Below are positions 1 through 11,769 of a stretch of DNA of 64,000 bases, one piece after another. A program made the position numbers and the translations under genes. The DNA comes from Eledone cirrhosa (lineage: Eukaryota), in NCBI GenBank assembly GCA_964016885.1, contig OZ024747.1, forward strand, positions 27,156,001 through 27,220,000, in the 5' to 3' direction. Each line of letters opens with the position of its first letter. Position 1 is the first letter of the stretch. Below the pieces are notes generated by a model that was not told where the DNA came from, did not search any database, and saw only the letters and a list, made by a program, of their open reading frames with translations.

Positions 1-135
1 CAAGTGTAGTGTCTGTACCAGAGTTTTCAAGTCGCTGGCTGGACGAAAAAGTCACACTCATTCAGCGCATCGGTAGGGGTTCTCCTACATGGATATAAAG
101 TAGTGGCCGTACTCGAAAACGAGTTGGCAGCCACC
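1..135 (+). mobile_element. 3' end of RTE-derived short non-autonomous retroelement (same family as 41646-42283)
   Basis: Near-identical to the last ~135 nt of 41646-42283, 44622-45072 and 54037-54325; ends GAGTTGGCAGCCACC directly into (TA)n. Confidence 0.85.
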
Positions 136-182
136 ATATATATATATATGTGTGTGTGTATATATGTATGTACATATGCATA

Positions 183-240
<58 letters not shown>

Positions 241-244
<4 letters not shown>

Positions 245-443
245 AAAAGAGTCAGGATCCGGACAGCTGAGCTCCGGCCGTTTCGACAGCTAGATCTGAA
301 CAGTTCGGATCTAGCTGTCGAAACGGCTGGAGCTCAGCTGTCGGGGTCCTGACTCTTTTCCTATTACCCACTCTACTACTCAAAGTATTGAGTACTCTGG
401 TGCATTATGGTCGTCCACCTGGATTCTTACCACACTTTCTTTG

Positions 444-444
<1 letters not shown>
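241..444 (+). mobile_element. Fold-back (inverted) fragment, probably a PLE terminal repeat containing the 3' half of a hammerhead
   Basis: 241-363 is a near-perfect palindrome; right arm reads hairpin-GAAA-stem-GTC; (TA)n on both sides. Confidence 0.55.
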
Positions 445-485
<41 letters not shown>

Positions 486-1269
486 TTGTGTGTATATAAA
501 TATATATATATATACATATATATATATGTGCGTGTGTGTGTATATATGTGTATGTACATATGCATACTTACATATATATATTAGTGTTAGAGATGTGTCA
601 TGTTGTAATAAAGATTTCAAGGTATACTGTATCTATGTAATCAAATAACAAAACATATCTCTGGAGGACTCTAAAGTCTAATGCCATATGATATGGCATT
701 AAACAAACTGTTATCCGTATAACCAGTACATTGCCTTCAGAGATAACCATTGTAATATCGCTCTCAACTGCTGGCTCTCTGTTATTTCACTGCTTATACA
801 TATTCCATGCTATTATATTAATAACATTGTGACATTTCTACTGCTCTTGCATTGTCCTGCTAAATGTTTTGCTAATTATCATCTTAAATTAATTATATTT
901 GCATTGAAGTTCTGTGTTTATTGTAGCCACAGTCCCAATACTGTTGACCAGACCTACAATCCTACAATATAGCAAAGTTTTATCTTAAACAGAAACCACT
1001 TAATGATATTTCATAAAATCCTTCCTCTTTTTAGTATATATGAATGAAGATGCATGTGAAGGTATGTATGTATGTATTTGAGTGTGTGTGTAAGTATGAA
1101 TGTGTGAGTGGGTGGCTTGTGAGGGTGTGTTTGTGATTGTGTGTGTATGTGTGTGTGTGTGTGATATGAGCAAGTATATAGATGTGTGTGTATGCATGCC
1201 TCTATTTTTCTTATTTTCAACATTTCTCTATTACTGATTACCGAAAATTACATTAATAAAAAAAATGGC

Positions 1270-1790
1270 AGTTGTCAGAGCACATGTCAAAATACCTTGC
1301 AGTATTTGTTCCTGTGCACTGACTTCAAATCCCACTGTAGTCTATTAAAATGCAAGCATTTGTACCAGGTTTGAGGCTTCAGAATCTCTCTTCCTCCTAT
1401 CACTCTAAGTGAAGGTTTATGGCAAAGGTGCCCTTCTTTCCTAACTAAACAGTTAAAAAGAATCATTCTACACCAGTTAATTCTCTAATGATGATAGGTC
1501 CTCAGTCAGTTTCAATGATGAACATTTAGTTGTTCAATCAACTGATCTATCTACTCATCAAATTAACATGTAAAATGGTTGAGTATTCTACCTGTATTGG
1601 ATAGCCATTGATTCTCCCGAGTTCCTCCACCCTTTCATAGGTTTTGTTTTTCATCCTGCAGGGTGTCCAAAAATCAGCCTCCTCATCAAGCAAACCTGGT
1701 GGGGTGGTCGGTTTCATTGCTGATGACCAAACCATGTGACAGGTTGTACTAGGTTCATTCAAGAGTGACCTGACTATATTACAGACTGTA
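1270..1790 (-). mobile_element. Old diverged copy of the RTE 5'-UTR-like module
   Basis: Reverse complement (agtacaacctgtcacatgg...ccccaccaggtttgcttgatgaggagg...cctgcaggatgaaaaacaaaacct) aligns by eye to ~41687-41840. Confidence 0.75.
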
Positions 1791-2130
1791 CTCGGTATAT
1801 TTTATCATGGAATCAGTACTACCACTTTACAGCATGGACTGGGTACATTTTATCATGGCTCCAGCATACCACTTAAGAGCAGGCTAGGTGCTTTTTATCA
1901 CAGCACAACGAACTATCACTTTGCAGAGTGAAATGGGTGCATTCTATCATGACCATAACACTATCACTTTACAGAGTATACTGCATGCATTTTACTGTCT
2001 CCAACACTACTGCTTTAAAGAGCTTACTGGGTGCATTTTATCATGGCATCAGCACCTCCACACTTTACATCACGAGATGGGTATGTTTTATTGCAGCACC
2101 AGCACTACCCACTTTACAACCTCTTTAGTG
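1790..2130 (-). repeat. Degenerate ~40-45 bp minisatellite derived from a SINE/RTE module
   Basis: Repeated gggtgcattttatcatgg...accactttacag units; reverse complement of the 8180-8740 array. Confidence 0.65.
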
Positions 2131-2139
2131 TTGGTAATC

Positions 2140-2611
2140 TACATAATAAACACCCAGTAAAGTTGTTGGTGACAGGAAGAGCATCCAGCCATAGAAAATC
2201 TTCAAATTCCATAGTGCTTGTGTCACAATGAAATGCACTCAGTAGAGTGCAAGGTCACATGTAAGTCAGATGAGGCCCCCGAGCCTATCACAACAATCAA
2301 TAGAGTATGGGAGTGTATGTAAGCAAGATGCAGGCTCCAGTATATCAGAGCTCTGCTTAAATACTGGCGTGTCTGTGATGACCTATCCAACCTTTGCTAG
2401 GAAGGAAAATGAATGCTAAATGGCGATAATGATACATACACACATTTCCACATGTATATACATTACATATATATACTTTTATACATTATACATACTTACA
2501 TATACACATTATACATATGTGCAGTCATATGTACATGCATACTTTCATATAACATACTGTCCCATCCAACCCATGCAAGCATGGAAAAATGGACATAAAA
2601 ACGATGATGAT
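2140..2611 (+). mobile_element. Decayed SINE/RTE-tail remnants
   Basis: gttggtgacaggaagagcatccagcc motif at ~2165 and RTE-type tails at ~2385-2432 and ~2564-2611 (ccaacccatgcaagcatggaaaaatggacataaaaacgatgatgat). Confidence 0.6.
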
Positions 2612-3056
2612 ACATACATGCTTACTATCATGTATACATACAATTCTACATCATACATTCATATTTATACACATTAAGAAAAAAAACCCAAAGAACATTG
2701 GTGGAATGTATCCATTAAAACATGATGAAAATGTAAACATAAGTGATCAGACATAGTTCTGTAGGATGGAGAATTATAAACATAAGCACCTATGTAAGTT
2801 AGTTCAACAGAAGTAGATGTAAATATCTTTGGATAGAATACACGAAATCGAGAACACCAATGGAGAATTAACTCTTATCATTCTGTAATGATTTAGCAGA
2901 AAATATCTAAAAACATGTTTAATTCAAATGTTTATAGTATTTTTCCTCGAGGACAGAACTTTGTGTAAGTTTGCAGTGTTAGAGTAAAGACTTACATTTT
3001 AAATGTAATGCAGTCATTTTTTGACAAAATATTGCATATACAACGTTGTTAATTAA

Positions 3057-3484
3057 CTCTTCCCATTCACTAATGACTGAGCAGAAGATGTTTAAAACAG
3101 GTTTAACCCTTTAACATTTAAACCAAATCCAGCCAGAATTCTCTCGCCTTTTTCTAATCAAACTTGATGTAACTGGCTGCTCATACTTATGTTAAGGTAT
3201 TGTTCTCAAAATAAATAATATCAATATCTCATAGATTTGATGTTATGTGAGATAAAGTCTTTACCATACCATGAAAATATAATAGTATATATAGAGTAAT
3301 GTAAATGTTAAAGGGTTAAGACCTCAACTGTTTATAGTTTCTTTAGTAGTTGCCAGATCATGGTGAAAATTTATAATGTGAGAATAAAGATTTCAATTCT
3401 TTGTGTGATACAGTTATTGTGCTGTTTTGTACTTTTTAAAGACGTCTTTCTAAATCAGTTTCATGTAATACAGCACATTAAGAG
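3057..3484. mobile_element. TTAA-flanked piggyBac-like MITE (outer)
   Basis: TTAA|CTCTT...AAGAG|TTAA; related pieces at ~2870-3020 and 7372-7575. Confidence 0.55.
3107..3315. mobile_element. piggyBac-like MITE nested in the previous one
   Basis: TTAA TSD; TIR CCCTTTAACATTTA/TAAATGTTAAAGGG. Confidence 0.8.
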
Positions 3485-3580
3485 TTAATGAGGGATAGAG
3501 AATACCTATGGAAGATTAATGAGGAATTTACTAATTCTCATCTTACACTTTTGACTTGATGTTTGTAGCTGTGATTACTG

Positions 3581-3882
3581 TAGAGGTTCTCAAACTTTTG
3601 CCCCCCCCCCCCACTCACACCCACATAATACCCTCAGTATACCCCAACCCTATTTCCAGAGAGACCTGCCTACATGCAAATTATAAATGATATATAATAA
3701 ATTAAATTAATTTATATATAATAAATATATGTACTATGTATAAATAAATATATATATATTTTTTTATTTTACTATATTTATATATAATATGTATCATTGG
3801 ATATTTAATATATCATCTCTACCACACACCCGGCCTTCTCAACGCCCCCTGGGGGCAGTAGTACCCACTATGAGAATCTCAA
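3581..3882. mobile_element. hAT-like MITE
   Basis: 8-bp TSD GATTACTG (3573-3580 and 3883-3890); imperfect TIR tagaggttctca/tgagaatctcaa. Confidence 0.7.
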
Positions 3883-3902
3883 GATTACTGTGTCACTTTG
3901 AC

Positions 3903-4042
3903 AGGCAGTGAATTGGCGGAGTTGTTAGAACATTGGATTAAATGTCTCGGTATTTCTTCTAGCTCTCTACACTCTGAGTTCAAATCCCACTGAGTTTAAC
4001 TTTACCTTTCATCCTTTTAAGGCCAATAGTAAAGTACCAGTC
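3903..4042 (+). mobile_element. tRNA-derived SINE, diverged
   Basis: A-box-like TGGCGGAGTTGTT, B-box GAGTTCAAATCC, central cctttcatcctt...aaagtaccagt motif shared with 10544-10761. Confidence 0.7.
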
Positions 4043-5051
4043 CATGGGCTGTGGACTGGTGGAATTGTTAAAGAGTCAGATGGGATGCTCTGCTGTATCT
4101 CTTCCAGCTCTCTGCATTCTTAATTACATTCCAGGGGAGGTTTCAGGTATTTTGGTATCAAAAGGTTTAAAGATTAGATTCACTCTTATCTGCATTGTTT
4201 GTATTATTAAAAACTTTAACTCAACAGATCTTATTGGGGTTATCTTAAACATAAGAATCTAGTAATCCATGGATAACCTAAGTTAATTTCAGTTTCTCAC
4301 CTCACTATATTACATATGAGACCCTACCTTATATCTGCAGTCTTGGTTCTTTGTTAGTCTGCCAGAAACACTTCATGGAATATACAGTATCGCTTTCCTA
4401 TGTATTCCCTTCATATTAAAGTCACTTTCAAAATGGACACATAGTGTTTGTCAAAACTAATTGAAGTTTCCCTTAGGACTATTTTGTGTTTATTTCAAGA
4501 AAGACCATGTTTCACTACAATATACCACCATAAATTTTACACACCACATATAGTTCTCTCTGTCCCTTATTATACACCACGTGCAATCCTCTACATTTGC
4601 TGTCCATGTTTCACCACTACACACCATCATACACACATTCCTCTACATTCCCTACTGTACACCATCACACATCATACCCAGACCCCATATAGTCCTTTAC
4701 ATTCATTGTCGATGTTTCACTCCTATTCACCACCACACATCATAAACACCTCTACTTTCACTGCTTATGTTTCACTATCACACAACTCATACAGTCCTCT
4801 ATATTCACTACAACAGGGCATCATACATCATATACACACACTACATACAGCCATCTATATTCCCTGACCATGTTGCACTACTGTATGATCATGACACAAC
4901 ATACACACACCACATAGTCCTCTATATTCAATACCATAAACCATAGTCCTCTACATTCAATACCATACAGAACCACACATCATATATAGTACTCTACATT
5001 CTCTACTATACACTGTCACACATCGTATACATCACATATAGTCATCTACAT

Positions 5052-5252
5052 CAGGCATGTCAAACTGAGGGTTCCCTGAGGGCCACATGGGTCACATGTG
5101 TTGTCTGAGGGCCACACATAACTAATTGCGCACATTAAAAGTAATATTTTTTATTTTATATTACGCTCGCGCTTTAAAAACCTTTGTGCGGGCCGCAGGT
5201 GTGCTTGTAAAAGGCCGCATGCAACCTGTGGGCCGCATGTTTGGCATGCCTG
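5052..5252. mobile_element. hAT (Charlie-like) MITE
   Basis: TIR CAGGCATGTCAAAC/GTTTGGCATGCCTG; 8-bp TSD ATCTACAT at 5044-5051 and 5253-5260. Confidence 0.9.
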
Positions 5253-5454
5253 ATCTACATTTCACCATTAAATATCTTTCTACACTTTTTGCATGTTTGT
5301 CATTGTGTACATTTTATTTAGAGAAAGAAGATATCTTTTGTTGTTAGTAGGCATAACAGCTGCCTAATTTTCTTTCATTTTTTTCTTTGTATCCTAGCCA
5401 TTACACTCTCACAACATGTCCCTTTGTCTGTAGGACATCACCCTCATTTGTAAC

Positions 5455-5612
5455 TTTTTTCCAAGCTTGCATAGGTTAGACTAGTCTTCGCTAATACAGA
5501 ATCTGTCCTTTTGTTTCTTTCCTGTGTCATTTCCTTTGTCAGGTTCAGTTTCTTTGGATCAGCCTTCACCACCTATACCCACATCTTTCTTGATCTTCCT
5601 CTTCCACTTGTC
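5455..5612 (-). mobile_element. Decayed RTE LINE 3' end
   Basis: Minus strand translates GRGRSRKMWV*VVKADPKKLNLTKEMT..., similar to the C-terminus of the 33277-35238 ORF. Confidence 0.65.
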
Positions 5613-5896
5613 ATTCCTGGCCAAGTGACCAAACAAAAGTACTAAAGTCTGAGAGTAGTAGTTATGAATATGTTGCTAGGTAAAACAAAGTTCAATCAAT
5701 GTAATATAGTACCATGGAGAAAAGTGTATCACAACATTTTTGACTGAAGTTTTTCTATTGTATGGCTTTTAACTCTCAATAGTTTAATAACCAAACTGAC
5801 CTCTGACCTTTCAGAAAAAAAAAAACTTTTAACATTGTTGTGATGTTTTTCTGAAAGTGTCTTTGTAAACTTCTTTTCTTGATTATATATTATGAA

Positions 5897-6330
5897 GGCC
5901 GAGTGTTGGACTCTCGGTCAGGTTGTGGGTTCGATTACTGTACTAGGCGGTATGTTGTATTCTTGAGCAAGACATTTCATTTTATGTTGCTTTTCATGAT
6001 AGGGTTGAGGACCCTATCATTAAAACACCCAAGAAACTTCCTCCGAAACAGTCTTGTAGGAGGCCAGCTAAACCTACATAGGTGTAAGCTGTAACAACAA
6101 CAATATGTAGTGTTGATAGGACTCGGGGGTCCTATCAACACTACATATTGTTGTTGTTACAGCTTACATCTATCATTAAAACTCTGTAGACACCTATAAG
6201 ATACAACTTTGAAGGAGGCCAGCTAAACCAACATGATAGAACTGAGGCCTCTATCATTAAAACACCTAGGAAACCTATGAGATATATCCTTATAAGAGGC
6301 CAATTAATCCACCATAGGTGTGAGCTGTAA
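5897..6330 (+). mobile_element. Decayed SINE followed by tandem copies of an internal module and a fold-back hairpin
   Basis: ggttcgatt B-box-like, cttgagcaagacatt core as in 43207-43545; three ctatcattaaaac...aggcca units; hairpin 6083-6168. Confidence 0.55.
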
Positions 6331-7138
6331 ATTTTATTTATTTTCTTGATTTGATGTTGAAACTGCAATGAAATCCAGTTCTGTTGATACCAGCAAGTTG
6401 TAAGAATTAACCCCTTTCAAATCAAACTGCTTATACCTCTACATCTGGTTCTACAATTAAAAAACCTTGTGTGAGAACCCTTGATATGTCGCAAACACAT
6501 CTTAATAATGAAAAAAAAAATGCTATATTTTAAAATCACTAAGTTTGAAAATCATTGGCTGTCTTTTATTAGAAGTATGGTTATGAAACAGTACCAAATG
6601 TAATGGAATCATTTTGAGAAAAGAATGTCTGAAATTGTTTATCATTGTCTGGAAATGCCAGAGTTGGATTGTTATTTAGCCCTAGGCCAGCTCTAATCCA
6701 ACAGACTATGATCAGAGAAGTTGTTATTATTTACCTTTGGTCAGATCTATTCCAACACCTATGATTAGAACAATTGTGTTATTATTTAGCCCTAGGCAAA
6801 TTCTAATCCATCATCCTTGCAATCAAAGGCAGTCCAGACACAACCATCAAGTTTTCTTTTTCAGTCTGGAAGAGCTAGAGTTATATTATTCCTATTTTTA
6901 TGGCAGTCGGGTCTGATTTGAGGTGGGTTAGCTTCTATTTCTAGCAAGTTTTGCAAATATATAGAAACTGCCCTTGTTGATTCATTGTTTAACACTGCCT
7001 ATAACCCCCCCCCCCCCTCCCACACACACACACAAACAAAAACAAGTTTGGAGCGATTTAATAAAATATCTTTCTCATTATTAAGCTTTTGACATAAAAT
7101 TATGATGGAAAATATTTAGATAAATATAAACACTTTAA

Positions 7139-7367
7139 CCCTTTAGCATTTACATTACTTTATATTTACAATTATATTTTCACATAAATATATTTTCACA
7201 ATTATATTTTCACATAATTATTTTACAAAATATTGAATCTATGAGATTTTGATATTTATTTTGAGAATAATACCTTAACATCAGTATGAGTGACTGATTA
7301 CAGCCAATTTGAAAAGGAAGAGGTGAGAGAATTATGGCCGGATATGGCTGGTTTAAATGCTAAAGGG
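7139..7367. mobile_element. piggyBac-like MITE (family of 3107-3315)
   Basis: TTAA|CCCTTTAGCATTTA...TAAATGCTAAAGGG|TTAA. Confidence 0.8.
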
Positions 7368-7684
7368 TTAACCCTGTAATGATTCAACAGAAAATATCAA
7401 AAAACAAATTTAATTCAAATATTTATAGTATCTTTAGTAGTTAGCAGATCATTGTAAAAATTTGCAGTAAACTACGAGAAAGCAAGGACTTTAATGTGAT
7501 AAAGTCATAGTGCTGTTTTGTACTTTTCAAAAATGTGTTGCTAATATGCTTTCATGTGGTACAGGATGTTAAGAGTTAAAACAGTTTCATAACATAGAGC
7601 CAGGAGCTGGTTCAGATGATTTGGTATACTTTAATCATTTATCATAATTATACAGGTTAATTAAAGTTTATATTTTGGAGAATT

Positions 7685-7728
7685 GCATTAATGTTTTTTT
7701 TATATTTTTTTTTTTATTCCAGGTAAGT
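7685..7728 (+). promoter_or_regulatory. Candidate recursive splice site (3' splice site directly followed by 5' splice site)
   Basis: Long T tract, then TTCCAG|GTAAGT (AG 7721-7722, GTAAGT 7723-7728); branch-like TTAAT just upstream. Confidence 0.45.
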
Positions 7729-8179
7729 GAAACCGAGAGAAAAAATGGATTTCTTTTTACACATGGAAGAAAGGATTTTTCTTTTAATTTTTTTATTGGA
7801 AAAACATTCTGAAATTAAAAAGCAAGACAATAGGTGTGATCTCATCATTAGGAGGTATTTCTATCAAACAGTTATTTAACACTTTCCTCACCATATTTCT
7901 AACAAAAACATCATCTTTCTGTTCTAATTATCAAAATAATCAACAGTTATTAAAAGTTTAGTGAAATAACTAGATTTCAACTTAATTTCAGTAATTAAAT
8001 ATTTGTCTTTTGCTATTATCTGGTTTGTAATAATAAGATTTCAAGCAAACGTTTAAATTTAAGTTTGAACACTTTAATAGGGGCAGGTTGGTATTAAAAG
8101 CGCTAATCATTTATTATTCACATCTCTAGTATCACAGTATGACACCGGAGTGTCATACTTCAGTGTTACTCTCATGATA

Positions 8180-8740
8180 AAACGTACCAAGTACGCTCTG
8201 TAAAATTGTTTGAAAAAGATGTAGACAACACAGGGGTAAGAAAATTGCTTGGTCTGGCTTAGGACATAAAATCTTTTTATTGCTGGAGTTCCTGATGAAA
8301 TGCACATAGTACATTCTGTAACGTAGAAGTGCTGATGCAGTGATAAAATGTTCTCAGTATACTCTGTAAAATGGTAGTACTGGTGCCACAATAAAATATA
8401 CCCATAAAATCTAAAAAGTGAAAGTGCCATGATAAAAAGTGCCCAGTACACTCTGTAAAGAGGTAGTGCTGGTGGCAGAATCAAAGTGCAAGCAGTACAC
8501 TCTCTAAGGTGGTAAAGCTGGTGCCCCAATTAAATGTATCTTGGTAAAAGCTGTAAAATGTATGTGCTGGTGCTACAATAAAACGTATGCAGTAAATTTT
8601 GTAATGTGTTACTGCTGATGTCGCAATAAAATACAACCAATACATACTGTAAAGTAGCAGAGCTGGTACCACAATAAAATGCAGTTAATGTACTCTGTAA
8701 AAGGTTTGGTGATGGGAAAGGTATCTAGCTTTAGAAAACA
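8180..8740 (+). repeat. Degenerate ~40-45 bp minisatellite derived from a SINE/RTE module
   Basis: Units like gtgccatgataaaaagtgcccagtacactctgtaaag; last unit continues into the ttggtgatgggaaaggtatctagc motif. Confidence 0.65.
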
Positions 8741-9572
8741 TACCAAACATTGGAATGAACAAGCCCAACAAGCTAAATAGATTGACTGTGATATATGTCA
8801 CATTGGGTTATGGTGGTGATGGTATGATGTTGGACTGATGATGATGATGGTATGTAGGTGGAATTGGACTATGATGAGGATGATACATGAGATTGGACTG
8901 TGAGGGTATGGAGATGAGATTGGACTTGTATGGTAGGTGTGATTTGACTGTGATGGTATAGTGGTAAGATTGGACATGGATGGTATGGGGGTGAGATTTG
9001 ACTTGGATGGCATAGAGATGAGATTGGACAGGGTTGGTATGTATCATGTATGTGTATGTTCCTTATTTTCAAATACCTCTCCCCATACTTGCTCTCTCTC
9101 TGTCATACCATGTATTATAGTCAATGATATACATCCACATAGCTTCACTGACATACACATATACAACATATATTCATAGATCCACACATTCATCTATCTA
9201 CATGCATGCACATTACATCTGGTGACACACATGCACATTACATTCGGTGACTCACATACACATACTACTTTTAATGTCGCACATGCACATTACATTCTGT
9301 GACACACATACATATTTCATTTAGTGACACACAATCACATTACATTCCCTGATACATATATAAATGTTAGATTCAGTGACACACACACACATTACATTCT
9401 GCGACACACAGGCACATTTCATTCAGTGTCACAGTTGCACATTACATTTAGTCACACACACATATTTGATGCATACACACACATGTTATATTCATTGATA
9501 CACACAAATTCTATATTTACTGATGCACATGGACATACACACACTACATTCCCTCACACACACATACATACT

Positions 9573-9975
9573 CTTCTTCACCCATTTATTCCTGAGAGGG
9601 TCGTGGCGGCAGAGTCCTCAAACACTCCTTCCAGCAGGTCCTGTCAGAAGCAAGCATCTCCAACTGATCCAGCTGAGACCAGCCAAGTTCATGGATGGTA
9701 TCCAACCATCTTTCTCATGGGACTACACCTTGGTCTCCTGCCAGTTGGTTCTGCCTGCAAATTCTGTCCAGCAATTCTTTCCTAAAATATACTAACCACA
9801 TGCCCATAGTATTGAAGCTGTGATCTCTCAATTCATAGAAGTAGCAGCTCTACCTGGAGTCACTCTCTGATCTCTGAGCTACACACTTTATCAAGTAATG
9901 TTACTCTAAAGACCCTTCAGAGGAATCCCATTTCAGCCACTTGTATTCGTGATCGTATTCTTTCGGTCTTTACCT
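9573..9975 (-). mobile_element. Decayed RTE-clade LINE 3' fragment (different family)
   Basis: Minus strand shows PTGRRPR..P-type C-terminal RTE motif and the WN-type intron-of-RT 'tgggattcctctgaagggtc' RT C-terminal region. Confidence 0.55.
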
Positions 9976-10543
9976 AATATGATAATTTTTTCTATTAATT
10001 GAAGTTTAAGACTCACAATTGTAAGGTTGTGTGTATGATTTCGCATTGTATCCTTGAGCCTGTCACTTTATGGTATATTATTTCAGTCTGCTCAGTTGGC
10101 AAAAACGAATTTTACCCTGTAATTCAAAAGACCATTCTTGTTACATAATCATGCTATATCTCCCTGAGAACTACATTAACCTTCTGGGTGTTCTAGGCAC
10201 CTTACATAGCTGATAGAGTAATCTCCCCTTAATACATAATGCAATGCCAAGGGAAGCAATTCATAAAAACATTCAGCGTGCTAAAGGTTAAGAGTACAAG
10301 TGTCTGTATAATGCTCAGCCATGTACATGTTACTTGCACAGACTGACTGTTGTGTTGATCATACTTGCTGTCAGAACTGAGGGAGGTCCAACACATACAC
10401 ATTAATTAATTTTTCTGAACTTTTTTTCCATTACTATATTTCTAATGAAAAGCACTACAAATGTGTTTAATTTAATTTTGAAAGTAATCAAGAATTTGGA
10501 AGGATTTAATAATATAACTAAATTTCTTATTAAGCTGATGCTT

Positions 10544-10761
10544 AGGGCAGTGGTTTGGCAGTATCGGTAGAGGGTCGGACATCATGCTTTGCAGCATAGA
10601 GTTACAGCCCTTTATGATCTGAGTTCAAATCCTGCCGAGGTTAACTTTGCCTTTCATCCTTACAGGGTCGTTAAAATAAAGCACCAGTCACGCACTGGGG
10701 GTTGATTTAATCAACTTTCCCCTCCCCCAAATTGCTGGCCTTGTGCCTATATAAGAAACCA
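10544..10761 (+). mobile_element. tRNA-derived SINE, full length with TSD
   Basis: A box TGGCAGTATCGG, B box GAGTTCAAATCC; 17-bp TSD TTATTAAGCTGATGCTT at 10527-10543 and 10762-10778. Confidence 0.9.
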
Positions 10762-11104
10762 TTATTAAGCTGATGCTTGAACAATACTTAAGATGTTCTT
10801 ACATAAAATTATGATGGACAGTTTTAATATAAGCAGTCGTATATCATAGAACCAAAAGCATTTTTTGTATTTATGATGGGTTGCTATCAATAAGGCAGTG
10901 CAAATGGAGTTGTTTTGGCTGCAAATCTAAACTAGTGCAGATTTTATTTCCCAACAAACAAACATGATGGTCAACAAATTAATAAACATGATAATAGTTT
11001 AAATTAACCCTTTCATGACCATATTTCTCATGAAATACACTCTATTTCAATTAACTAACAAAGAATTTTGAGAGATTTACAAACATTGTTATTTCATTAC
11101 TATG

Positions 11105-11265
11105 TGGAGACTTTTGGTGTCCTTGGCCCTAAGGCCACTTCCTACTAACCACCATCAGCACAGAGTTGGCTACCTGCATGTGTGAGCCTCGCAAGTTGAA
11201 ATGGCTCTTCCAGCGCATCTCCCTCGCCATCCTCCAAGGAAACACCTCTATTCTGTTCACCAGGG
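11105..11265 (+). pseudogene. Fragment of a restriction-like-endonuclease (REL) non-LTR element C-terminus, CRE-like
   Basis: Translates, with a frameshift, VETFGVLGPKA...CEPRKLKWLFQRISLAILQGN, matching the VETxGxxG / QRxSxAxQRGN pattern. Confidence 0.65.
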
Positions 11266-11769
11266 ATGCAGGGCAGCTAGCGCATGGGCCCCCATTTGCT
11301 CATAACAGTGAGAGTTGGGGATAACAGAAGAGACGGAGGCAGTGACAGTGGGAATTTGGTTCTTTTGTGTTCAACCCTGGTGTATATGTATATATTCATT
11401 TACCACACCACACACATTGAAGATAGTAGCTTAACATATGATTTTATTTAAAATTATGCTAGAAAATTTTGATTTAAAATAGGGACCCTTTTCAAATGTT
11501 TTTTTTTTTTGTTTTGTGTTTTCCATAGAATTAGAGCTGGTTTTGGCTTGTTTGGTATTAACCGGGCTTTAATGTCTTTATTGAGTGTATTGCATTTATA
11601 CTTAAATTTGTTGTTTTCACATCCAGCTTATTATATTGATATCAAGAGTTTATTATCTATACTATAATTTTTAACCTGATTTGAACAGTCTTTTGATTGT
11701 TATCTGACCAACGGATATTAGATTTTGACCTACTGCATCAGTTGGTCAGTCTAGCAGATAAATTTACTG

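Noticed and set aside
656-745. Hammerhead on the minus strand (CTGAAGG)
   Set aside because: No GAAA or stem III in the required position
1640-1750. Possible + strand exon after ttttcatcctgcag
   Set aside because: It is the reverse complement of the RTE 5'-UTR-like repeat seen at ~41690-41840
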